Of a stretch of DNA of 64,000 nt, positions 10,901 through 23,211 are shown piece by piece (within the stretch, counting starts at the first letter, position 1; each line of letters opens with the position of its first letter). The translations under genes and the position numbers were made by a program. Location: the NCBI GenBank assembly GCA_964035545.1, contig CAXIUT010000103.1, positions 372,001 through 436,000 of the forward strand, in the 5' to 3' direction. A model generated the notes under the pieces. That model saw only the letters and a program-made list of their open reading frames with translations, ran no database searches and was not told the origin of the DNA. This DNA is from Bugula neritina. Taxonomy: Eukaryota > Animalia > Bryozoa.

Positions 10901-13900
10901 TCAGCCCTCTCTAGTTCAAGATGGGCATCACTATACACACAAGAGTTAAGAACTTTAATGAGTCCTGTCAGCTAACCAGCTCATGAAGACTACACAGTTT
11001 GATTGCAGGCGTTTGCATTTGACATTAGGACTAAAGTGTTGACTACATGGAGATTTCAACTTCAATTGGTAATCAACTAATTGTTTTGGATCTACTTGTT
11101 ACATCTGGCTTACTCTTTCTGGTAGGTTTATTTCATTAACTTTCTAGACTGATTTTCTTAACTTTCTGAAGAGTTTGTTGTGATGCGAAATATTACCAAA
11201 TATCTCATGGCAACGTGCCAATACAGTTAACACAGTAATTAAGCACTGGTGTCTTTGAAGCAGGCATCAAGTTTTGCATAAAAAAATTTATCAAGTATCT
11301 AAACACATGCAAGTGATGAGTTTGGAGATATTATTTAAAACTACAAAAGTTTCCATGCCGCTTGTAAATCAAAAGTGGACAATTGCTGCAAACACCTCTT
11401 TTCATGGAATGACTCATTTATTTCTCATATGTTTGCAAAGGCATCTAAAATTAGTTTTTGCTCTAGCAAAATATAACACTGTGAAATGGCGCTGCAGATG
11501 AGCTTTCTCTTTTAATATGAAAACTGATGATTGAAGAGCAATATAGTCTACTAACAAAATGGGTTTTAGCAGTGACTCATCTCCACTGCCTGTAAACTAT
11601 AAAGCTTCAAATCGTATACTGTAGGCTCATGGGCCAACTCTAGAACAATAACACAATTCACATGAGTCAGGATTGCTGGTTGTTAGAGGGGACAGGGGGG
11701 GGGGGGGGCAGGAGAGGGGATGGGAAAATAAAACATCTAAATTCAATAGTAAAAGCGGGTGTACAATGCAAAGGTCTTCCAGCATCACTGGTATTTCCAT
11801 AATAACTGCAAGGCCAAACTTTTGCTGATGGACAATCAGACAGAAAAACTCTTACAAATAACAAAACTAATATTAGCCTGTGTCTGCTTCGTATAAACAC
11901 CAAGAACAATATTTTGGGAAAGATAACTCCCAACACACCTATCTTGCAACTGGTGCTGGTGCAATGAAATTGAAGGATTATGTTTCATAGTCATATTTTC
12001 AACTAGTACTTCTAACTGCAAAGAATCAACATTGCAGAAAAAGGTGAAGATGTGAAGCACTGTAGATTTATGGTAAGTTATAATATGCATTTGATATTAT
12101 TTATTTGTCCAGAAAATAATATTATATTATATTTTATTCTACTCAGTAGTACCAACAATGAATATTTTATCATTGTTTATGGCAGTCGTGAATCTCAACA
12201 ATGAATAATAATAATACGCATTGTCAATTTTCACAAAGTAGCAGTCTTCAGTCAGCCCTCTCTAGTTCAAGATGGGCATCACTATACACACAAGAGTTAA
12301 GAACTTTAATGAGTCCTGTCAGGTAACCAGCTCATGAAGTCTACACAGTTTGGTTGCAGACGTTTGCATTTGACATTAGGATTAAAGTGTTCACTACATG
12401 GAGACTTCAACTTCAATTGTTAATCAACTTGTTTTGGATCTACTTGTCACATCTGGCTTACTCTCTCTGGTAGGTTTATTTCATTAACTTTCTAGACTGA
12501 TTTTCTTAACTTTCTGAAGAGTTTGTTGTGATGCGAAATATATTGCCAAATATCTCATGGCAACGTGCCAATACAGTTAACACAGTAATTAAGCACTGGT
12601 GTCTTTGAAGCAGGCATCAAGTTATGCATAAAAATGTTCATCAAGTATCTAAACACATGCAAGTGATGAGTTTGGAGATATTATTTAAAACTACAAAAGT
12701 TTCCATGCCGCGTGTAAATCAAAAGTGGACAAGTGCTGCAAACACCTCTTTTCATAGAATGACTCATTTATTTCTCATATGTTTGCAAAGGCATCTAAAA
12801 TTAGTTATTGCTCTAGCAAAATATAACACTGTGAAATGGCGCTGCAGATGAGCTTTCTCTTTTAATATGAAAACTGATGATTGAAGAGCAATATAGTCTA
12901 CTAATAAAATGGGTTTCAGCAGTGACTCATCTCCACTGCCTGTAAACTATAAAGCTTCAAATCGTATACTGTAGGCCCATGGGCCAACTCTAGAACAATA
13001 ACACAATTCACATGAGTCAGGATTGCTGGTTGTTAGAGGGGGCAGGGGGCAGGAGAGGGGATGGGAAAATAAAACATCTAAATTCAATAGTAAAGGCGGG
13101 TGTACAATGCAAAGGTCTTCCAGCATCACTGGTATTTCCATAATAACTGCAAGGCCAAACTTTTGCTGATGGACAATCAGACAGAAAAACTCTTGCAAAT
13201 AACAAAACTAATATTAGCCTGTGTCTGCTTCTTATAAACACAAAGAACAAAATTTTGGGAAAGATAACTCCCAACACACCTATCTTGCAACTGGTGCTGG
13301 TGCAATGAAATTGAAGGGTTATGTTTCATAGTCATATTTTCAACTAGTACTTCTAACTGCAAAGAAATAACATTGCAGAAAAAAGTGAAGATGTGAAGCA
13401 CTGTAGATTTATGGTAAGTTCTAATATGCGTTTGATATTATTTATTTGTCCAGAAAATAATATTATATTATATTTTATTCTACTCAGTAGTACCAACAAT
13501 GAATATTTTATCATTGTTTATGGCAGTCGTGAATCTCAACAATGAATAATAATAATATGCATTGTCAATTTTCACAAAGTAGCAGTCTTCAGTCAGCCCT
13601 CTCTAGTTCAAGATGGGCATCACTATACACACAAGAGTTAAGAACTTTAATGAGTCCTGTCAGCTAACCAGCTCATGAAGTCTACACAGTTTGATTGCAG
13701 GCGTTTGCATTTGACATTAGGACTAAAGTGTTGACTACATGGAGATTTCAACTTCAATTGTTAATCAACTAATTGTTTTGGATCTACTTGTTACATCTGG
13801 CTTACTCTTTCTGGTAGGTTTATTTCATTAACTTTCTAGACTGATTTTCTTAACTTTCTGAAGAGTTTGTTGTGATGCGAAATATTACCAAATATCTCAT

Positions 13901-16900
13901 GGCAACATGCCAATACAGTTAACACAGTAATTAAGCACTGGTGTCTTTGAAGCAGGCATCAAGTTTTGCATAAAAAAATTTATCAAGTATCTAAACACAT
14001 GCAAGTGATGAGTTTGGAGATATTATTTAAAACTACAAAAGTTTCCATGCCGCTTGTAAATCAAAAGTGGACAATTGCTGCAAACACCTCTTTTCATGGA
14101 ATGACTCATTTATTTCTCATATGTTTGCAAAAGCATCTAAAATTAGTTTTTGCTCTAGCAAAAAATAACACTGTGAAATGGCGCTGCAGATGAGCTTTCT
14201 CTTTTAATATGAAAACTGATGATTGAAGAGCAATATAGTCTACTAACAAAATGGGTTTTAGCAGTGACTCATCTCCACTGCCTGTAAACTATAAAGCTTC
14301 AAATCGTATACTGCAGGCCCATGGGCCAACTCTAGAACAATAACACAATTCACATGAGTCAGGATTGCTGGTTGTTAGAGGGGACAGGGGGGGCAGGAGA
14401 GGGGATTGGAAAATAAAACATCTAAATTCAATAGTAAAGGCGGGTGTACAATGCAAAGGTCTTCCAGCATCACTGGTATTTCCATAATAACTGCAAGGCC
14501 AAACTTTTGCTGATGGACAATCAGACAGAAAAACTCTTGCAAATAACAAAACTAATATTAGCCTGTGTCTGCTTCGTATAAACACCAAGAACAATATTTT
14601 GGGAAAGATAACTCCCAACACACCTATCTTGCAACTGGTGCTGGTGCAATGAAATTGAAGGATTATGTTTCATAGTCATATTTTCAACTAGTACTTCTAA
14701 CTGCAAAGAATCAACATTGCAGAAAAAGGTGAAGATGTGAAGCACTGTAGATTTATGGTAAGTTATAATATGCATTTGATATTATTTATTTGTCCAGAAA
14801 ATAATATTATATTATATTTTATTCTACTCAGTAGTACCAACAATGAATATTTTATCATTGTTTATGGCAGTCGTGAATCTCAACAATGAATAATAATAAT
14901 ACGCATTGTCAATTTTCACAAAGTAGCAGTCTTCAGTCAGCCCTCTCTAGTTCAAGATGGGCATCACTATACACACAAGAGTTAAGAACTTTAATGAGTC
15001 CTGTCAGGTAACCAGCTCATGAAGTCTACACAGTTTGGTTGCAGACGTTTGCATTTGACATTAGGATTAAAGTGTTCACTACATGGAGACTTCAACTTCA
15101 ATTGTTAATCAACTTGTTTTGGATCTACTTGTCACATCTGGCTTACTCTCTCTGGTAGGTTTATTTCATTAACTTTCTAGACTGATTTTCTTAACTTTCT
15201 GAAGAGTTTGTTGTGATGCGAAATATATTGCCAAATATCTCATGGCAACGTGCCAATACAGTTAACACAGTAATTAAGCACTGGTGTCTTTGAAGCAGGC
15301 ATCAAGTTATGCATAAAAATGTTCATCAAGTATCTAAACACATGCAAGTGATGAGTTTGGAGATATTATTTAAAACTACAAAAGTTTCCATGCCGCGTGT
15401 AAATCAAAAGTGGACAAGTGCTGCAAACACCTCTTTTCATAGAATGACTCATTTATTTCTCATATGTTTGCAAAGGCATCTAAAATTAGTTATTGCTCTA
15501 GCAAAATATAACACTGTGAAATGGCGCTGCAGATGAGCTTTCTCTTTTAATATGAAAACTGATGATTGAAGAGCAATATAGTCTACTAATAAAATGGGTT
15601 TCAGCAGTGACTCATCTCCACTGCCTGTAAACTATAAAGCTTCAAATCGTATACTGTAGGCCCATGGGCCAACTCTAGAACAATAACACAATTCACATGA
15701 GTCAGGATTGCTGGTTGTTAGAGGGGGCAGGGGGCAGGAGAGGGGATGGGAAAATAAAACATCTAAATTCAATAGTAAAGGCGGGTGTACAATGCAAAGG
15801 TCTTCCAGCATCACTGGTATTTCCATAATAACTGCAAGGCCAAACTTTTGCTGATGGACAATCAGACAGAAAAACTCTTGCAAATAACAAAACTAATATT
15901 AGCCTGTGTCTGCTTCTTATAAACACAAAGAACAAAATTTTGGGAAAGATAACTCCCAACACACCTATCTTGCAACTGGTGCTGGTGCAATGAAATTGAA
16001 GGGTTATGTTTCATAGTCATATTTTCAACTAGTACTTCTAACTGCAAAGAAATAACATTGCAGAAAAAAGTGAAGATGTGAAGCACTGTAGATTTATGGT
16101 AAGTTCTAATATGCGTTTGATATTATTTATTTGTCCAGAAAATAATATTATATTATATTTTATTCTACTCAGTAGTACCAACAATGAATATTTTATCATT
16201 GTTTATGGCAGTCGTGAATCTCAACAATGAATAATAATAATATGCATTGTCAATTTTCACAAAGTAGCAGTCTTCAGTCAGCCCTCTCTAGTTCAAGATG
16301 GGCATCACTATACACACAAGAGTTAAGAACTTTAATGAGTCCTGTCAGCTAACCAGCTCATGAAGTCTACACAGTTTGATTGCAGGCGTTTGCATTTGAC
16401 ATTAGGACTAAAGTGTTGACTACATGGAGATTTCAACTTCAATTGTTAATCAACTAATTGTTTTGGATCTACTTGTTACATCTGGCTTACTCTTTCTGGT
16501 AGGTTTATTTCATTAACTTTCTAGACTGATTTTCTTAACTTTCTGAAGAGTTTGTTGTGATGCGAAATATTACCAAATATCTCATGGCAACATGCCAATA
16601 CAGTTAACACAGTAATTAAGCACTGGTGTCTTTGAAGCAGGCATCAAGTTTTGCATAAAAAAATTTATCAAGTATCTAAACACATGCAAGTGATGAGTTT
16701 GGAGATATTATTTAAAACTACAAAAGTTTCCATGCCGCTTGTAAATCAAAAGTGGACAATTGCTGCAAACACCTCTTTTCATGGAATGACTCATTTATTT
16801 CTCATATGTTTGCAAAAGCATCTAAAATTAGTTTTTGCTCTAGCAAAAAATAACACTGTGAAATGGCGCTGCAGATGAGCTTTCTCTTTTAATATGAAAA

Positions 16901-19900
16901 CTGATGATTGAAGAGCAATATAGTCTACTAACAAAATGGGTTTTAGCAGTGACTCATCTCCACTGCCTGTAAACTATAAAGCTTCAAATCGTATACTGCA
17001 GGCCCATGGGCTAACTCTAGAACAATAACACAATTCACATGAGTCAGGATTGCTGGTTGTTAGAGGGGACAGGGGGGGCAGGAGAGGGGATTGGAAAATA
17101 AAACATCTAAATTCAATAGTAAAGGCGGGTGTACAATGCAAAGGTCTTCCAGCATCACTGGTATTTCCATAATAACTGCAAGGCCAAACTTTTGCTGATG
17201 GACAATCAGACAGAAAAACTCTTGCAAATAACAAAACTAATATTAGCCTGTGTCTGCTTCGTATAAACACAAAGAACAAAATTTTGGGAAAGATAACTCC
17301 CAACACACCTATCTTGCAACCGGTGCTGGTGCAATGAAATTGAAGGGCTATGTTTAATAGTCCTATATTCAGCTAGTACTTCTAACTAGAAAGAAATAAC
17401 ATTGCCGGAAAAGTTGAAGAGGTGAAGCACTGTAGAGTTATGGCAAGTTAGATTCTCTATATGATATTATTTATCTGTCAAGAAAATATTATATTATATT
17501 TTATTCTACTCACTAGTACCAACAATGAATATTTTATCATTGTTTATGGCAGTCGTGAATCTCAACAATGAATAATAATAATACGCATTGTCAATTTTCA
17601 CAAAGTAGCAGTCTTCAGTCAGCCCTCTCTAGTTCAAGATGGGCATCACTATACACACAAGAGTTAAGAACTTTAATGAGTCCTGTCAGGTAACCAGCTC
17701 ATGAAGTCTACACAGTTTGGTTGCAGACGTTTGCATTTGACATTAGGATTAAAGTGTTCACTACATGGAGACTTCAACTTCAATTGTTAATCAACTTGTT
17801 TTGGATCTACTTGTCACATCTGGCTTACTCTCTCTGGTAGGTTTATTTCATTAACTTTCTAGACTGATTTTCTTAACTTTCTGAAGAGTTTGTTGTGATG
17901 CGAAATATATTGCCAAATATCTCATGGCAACGTGCCAATACAGTTAACACAGTAATTAAGCACTGGTGTCTTTGAAGCAGGCATCAAGTTATGCATAAAA
18001 ATGTTCATCAAGTATCTAAACACATGCAAGTGATGAGTTTGGAGATATTATTTAAAACTACAAAAGTTTCCATGCCGCGTGTAAATCAAAAGTGGACAAG
18101 TGCTGCAAACACCTCTTTTCATAGAATGACTCATTTATTTCTCATATGTTTGCAAAAGCATCTAAAATTAGTTATTGCTCTAGCAAAATATAACACTGTG
18201 AAATGGCGCTGCAGATGAGCTTTCTCTTTTAATATGAAAACTGATGATTGAAGAGCAATATAGTCTACTAATAAAATGGGTTTCAGCAGTGACTCATCTC
18301 CACTGCCTGTAAACTATAAAGCTTCAAATCGTATACTGTAGGCCCATGGGCCAACTCTAGAACAATAACACAATTCACATGAGTCAGGATTGCTGGTTGT
18401 TAGAGGGGGCAGGGGGCAGGAGAGGGGATGGGAAAATAAAACATCTAACTTCAATAGTAAAGGCGGGTGTACAATGCAAAGGTCTTCCAGCATCACTGGT
18501 ATTTCCATAATAACTGCAAGGCCAAACTTTTGCTGATGGACAATCAGACAGAAAAACTCTTGCAAATAACAAAACTAATATTAGCCTGTGTCTGCTTCTT
18601 ATAAACACAAAGAACAAAATTTTGGGAAAGATAACTCCCAACACACCTATCTTGCAACCGGTGCTGGTGCAATGAAATTGAAGGGCTATGTTTAATAGTC
18701 CTATATTCAGCTAGTACTTCTAACTAGAAAGAAATAACATTGCCGGAAAAGTTGAAGAGGTGAAGCACTGTAGAGTTATGGCAAGTTAGATTCTCTATAT
18801 GATATTATTTATCTGTCAAGAAAATATTATATTATATTTTATTCTACTCACTAGTACCAACAATGAATATTTTATCATTGTTTATGGCAGTCGTGAATCT
18901 CAACAATGAATAATAATAATACGCATTGTCAATTTTCACAAAGTAGCAGTCTTCAGTCAGCCCTCTCTAGTTCAAGATGGGCATCACTATACACACAAGA
19001 GTTAAGAACTTTAATGAGTCCTGTCAGGTAACCAGCTCATGAAGTCTACACAGTTTGGTTGCAGACGTTTGCATTTGACATTAGGATTAAAGTGTTCACT
19101 ACATGGAGACTTCAACTTCAATTGTTAATCAACTTGTTTTGGATCTACTTGTCACATCTGGCTTACTCTCTCTGGTAGGTTTATTTCATTAACTTTCTAG
19201 ACTGATTTTCTTAACTTTCTGAAGAGTTTGTTGTGATGCGAAATATATTGCCAAATATCTCATGGCAACGTGCCAATACAGTTAACACAGTAATTAAGCA
19301 CTGGTGTCTTTGAAGCAGGCATCAAGTTATGCATAAAAATGTTCATCAAGTATCTAAACACATGCAAGTGATGAGTTTGGAGATATTATTTAAAACTACA
19401 AAAGTTTCCATGCCGCGTGTAAATCAAAAGTGGACAAGTGCTGCAAACACCTCTTTTCATAGAATGACTCATTTATTTCTCATATGTTTGCAAAGGCATC
19501 TAAAATTAGTTATTGCTCTAGCAAAATATAACACTGTGAAATGGCGCTGCAGATGAGCTTTCTCTTTTAATATGAAAACTGATGATTGAAGAGCAATATA
19601 GTCTACTAATAAAATGGGTTTCAGCAGTGACTCATCTCCACTGCCTGTAAACTATAAAGCTTCAAATCGTATACTGTAGGCCCATGGGCCAACTCTAGAA
19701 CAATAACACAATTCACATGAGTCAGGATTGCTGGTTGTTAGAGGGGGCAGGGGGCAGGAGAGGGGATGGGAAAATAAAACATCTAAATTCAATAGTAAAG
19801 GCGGGTGTACAATGCAAAGGTCTTCCAGCATCACTGGTATTTCCATAATAACTGCAAGGCCAAACTTTTGCTGATGGACAATCAGACAGAAAAACTCTTG

Positions 19901-20645
19901 CAAATAACAAAACTAATATTAGCCTGTGTCTGCTTCTTATAAACACAAAGAACAAAATTTTGGGAAAGATAACTCCCAACACACCTATCTTGCAACTGGT
20001 GCTGGTGCAATGAAATTGAAGGGTTATGTTTCATAGTCATATTTTCAACTAGTACTTCTAACTGCAAAGAAATAACATTGCAGAAAAAAGTGAAGATGTG
20101 AAGCACTGTAGATTTATGGTAAGTTATAATATGCATTTGATATTATTTATTTGTCCAGAAAATAATATTATATTATATTTTATTCTACTCAGTAGTACCA
20201 ACAATGAATATTTTATCATTGTTTATGGCAGTCGTGAATCTCAACAATGAATAATAATAATATGCATTGTCAATTTTCACAAAGTAGCAGTCTTCAGTCA
20301 GCCCTCTCTAGTTCAAGATGGGCATCACTATACACACAAGAGTTAAGAACTTTAATGAGTCCTTTCAGCTAACCAGCTCATGAAGTCTACACAGTTTGAT
20401 TGCAGGCGTTTGCATTTGACATTAGGACTAAAGTGTTGACTACATGGAGATTTCAACTTCAATTGTTAATCAACTAATTGTTTTGGATCTACTTGTTACA
20501 TCTGGCTTACTCTTTCTGGTAGGTTTATTTCATTAACTTTCTAGACTGATTTTCTTAACTTTCTGAAGAGTTTGTTGTGATGCGAAATATTACCAAATAT
20601 CTCATGGCAACATGCCAATACAGTTAACACAGTAATTAAGCACTG

Positions 20646-20819
20646 CACAGTTGGTTTAAGGTCATACTTTTCATTTTCTGGCTCTTTGCCAGGTGCTTTA
20701 TGTTCTATATGAACAATGTTCCACTGATAGCTCGAACAGGTTGAATGTCACAGGAACAAAAAAAATATGAAAAGATAAAGAAACTTATGTTCTCCAATAT
20801 ACTTTTTTATTTTTTTCAA
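20646..20819 (+). repeat. Left imperfect terminal inverted repeat (~174 bp)
   Basis: Colinear blocks match the reverse complement of the right end: cacagttrgtttaaggtcat, tgctttatgtt, gatagctcgaacag, atgaaaagata, atatactttttta. Confidence 0.85.
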
Positions 20820-22229
20820 AAGCCAATTCATGTTTAAGTTATAGCTTGTTGAAAAACATAGTCCCCCTTCCACATTCTTTTCAATTTATACGCTCCTGAC
20901 TTGTTATTGTGTCTCAATATGCCTTGTATTTGAGTGCTTGTTAGTCTCGCTTCACTAACTTTGCCTATACTTCACAAGTGCCAGTGCTGCTGGCTCAAAA
21001 GCTAAATGTTATAAACTGTCAGCTAAAACCCAATCTTGCATTCCTAGGTTGGTTGGCCTAAATAAAACAATAGTCAAATCATGATTTCATGTTTTAAAAA
21101 TTTACTCTATTCTAACCTGCTGCCTAGCTAGTTCTATTTTTGATGTATAATTGCAAAATTTGTGATACATTTTTTTGGCAACCATGTGATTTATAAAATG
21201 CAGTAATGGTACTTATAATATTATATTATTATCATTATAATATATATTATATAGTATTATGTGTGTTTCTATTATACTGCATAATATCTATTTTATTATT
21301 GTTGTTGTGCAAACAAGTGCAATTAACCTAGTTTTCAAAATGTACCTCTAAATTATCAAAATATCAGTTTAGATATTTTCATGCTTTGTAAGGTAAACCT
21401 AAAAAAGAGGCTGTATTCCCAAAGTAAAGGGTGTTGAACTATGAATTATATTAGATTAGCCACTCTGCTACCAAGTGCATCAGTATAATATTATATGAAT
21501 AGCTCTAATGCTTTGTCTCCGGTGGCTGGCTGCGATATGATAACTTGGCCAACTTCCAAGAGTTTAAAATTGGCGCAATTATTCAAGAGGTTACATACTG
21601 CACAGAGCTAGCAGCGATAGTAACCTTGCTATTGGCAGTACTTATTACAACTGCCAGCATATAAGCTGCATTGTAGAATGCCGTTGGGGTAGGCTAGTAA
21701 AACCAAATTCTGCTCTCTAATATACCTTAGACACAATGCAGCAACATAATTGTTCATTTCAAATTACATTGCCACCCTTACATGAGCTGTGGGCTTCATA
21801 AAGATTCATATGATTAGAGATTTATGCTATAGGCTAGCTATGATGAAAATAACACACCATTGTTAAAGTTAACTTCAAGTATGTTGTTTTCCAGAAACTC
21901 AGTAATGTCCATTTATCTCCCGCATACAAATACTTATGTAATAGCATACAGTTTAAGTTTTATTTTAGAGCACATCTGCAAACTCTACAATAAGAGCTTG
22001 CTTTACCAGTCTATTTCAGACCTGTTTTTGTAGCTAGTAATACGCAAGCTACTTATTTTTAAACTTTTGGGTTATTTGTTCAAAACCATTAGCTTTGCTA
22101 GTAACTCCAGACTATTGCAACAGTTGACTGCTATCAACATGAATTGACAGCCTAATAATTATAACCCATTTGCGCGCGAAATATTTATGTAATGATAGTG
22201 ACTCATATAGTGCGCGTTTCATTAACGAT

Positions 22230-22293
22230 GACTGCGTGGTCCAGAGGTTAGAGGCGTCAGCGACGAGTTGGTTGGTCATAGTTCAACCCTGTT
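22230..22293 (+). pseudogene. Degenerate tRNA-like segment (tRNA-Arg-like pseudogene or tRNA-derived SINE head) inside the transposon
   Basis: GACTGCGTGGTCCAGAGGTTAGAGGCGTCAG resembles the 5' half of metazoan tRNA-Arg as I recall it (GACCGCGTGGCCTAATGGATAAGGCGTCTG). It has an A-box-like TGGTCCAGAGG and a B-box-like AGTTCAACCC at tRNA-like spacing. The acceptor and anticodon stems do not form. Confidence 0.5.
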
Positions 22294-23046
22294 TTGTTGC
22301 AATTTTTTTGTCAACTTATGCAAATCCTACGCATGTGTAATAAATATGGCTATAATTGTAAAGTTTTTTTTTAACTTTTGTTCAACAGTAAGACAACATA
22401 CATGCATAATAATTAGATACTGAACACTGGACTAAACCTTAAATTGATCTTATAGAATACAATGTACTTAAAATAATCATATGTGAATTAGAGAAACTGA
22501 AAGTACACCTGCTGCGCTATAGACAGACCTTTACTGACAAGACTGCAAAGTGAAGTGATTTAGCTGAAATTAACTCTGCCAAACAAACAAAGAATTATGT
22601 TGTGCTGAGGCATTTTCAATATATTATTATTGTAACATAGTGGGATGATTCAGCTAAGTGCTAATGTAAAACAGGGAACATTATATTGGCAGAAATCCAA
22701 TAGATTGCCAATTTGTGCGAGAGGGTACTATATGTTATTGTGATAGCGCAGAGCGGCAAACGTACTAGGAATGTTATAATTAGTCACAGGAGCGTAGCTA
22801 GAACCACCATATGAAGAGTTTAGAAAATTGCAGTGAAACTTGCAAAATGGTGTATGTTTTTACCAAATTGTGAAGAGCATAAACAGAATTTCAAAAAACA
22901 AAGAAAGTATATTAGAGAAAACATATCAAGGAATGTCAAGTTTAACTTTTAGACTTTATAAAATGAATCCCCTGTGCTACAGCAGTGGAACATGGAGGGT
23001 GTAAAATTTTACTTATTATGCAACAACTTTCTCAGAAAATTTTTTA

Positions 23047-23211
23047 TTGAAAAATTAAAAAAGTATATGAAAGAAGAATGCAAGAGCTATCTTTTCATGT
23101 AAAATTTGTTAATGTGAGACAAAAACTGTTCGAGCTATCCCCTGGAAACCGTTTATATATAACATAAAGCAGTGCCTGAATCTGGAAAGTAATGACCTTA
23201 AACTAACTGTG
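23047..23211 (-). repeat. Right imperfect terminal inverted repeat (~165 bp)
   Basis: Contains taaaaaagtatat, tatcttttcat, ctgttcgagctatc, aacataaagca and atgaccttaaactaactgtg, the reverse complements of the left-end blocks in mirrored order. Confidence 0.85.

Larger units (their letters stand above)
20646..23211. mobile_element. Non-autonomous TIR DNA transposon, 2566 bp, probably CACTA/EnSpm (CMC) superfamily
   Basis: The empty site in all other monomers is aagcac-TG-gtgtc. Here it reads aagcac-TG-[CACAGTTGGTTTAAGGTCAT...ATGACCTTAAACTAACTGTG]-TG-gtgtc. The terminal 20 bp match 19/20 as an inverted repeat, with a 2-bp TSD (20644-20645, 23212-23213). There is no ORF >=60 aa inside. CAC termini with a 2-bp TSD are typical of animal EnSpm/CACTA elements; the superfamily call is less certain than the element itself. 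Confidence 0.93.

Noticed and set aside
21509-21664. 51-codon open stretch in the transposon containing GGWLRYD
   Set aside because: It has no start codon, is short, and the resemblance to retroelement gag-like WxxYDxxFR motifs is incomplete. It is not evidence of a transposase remnant.
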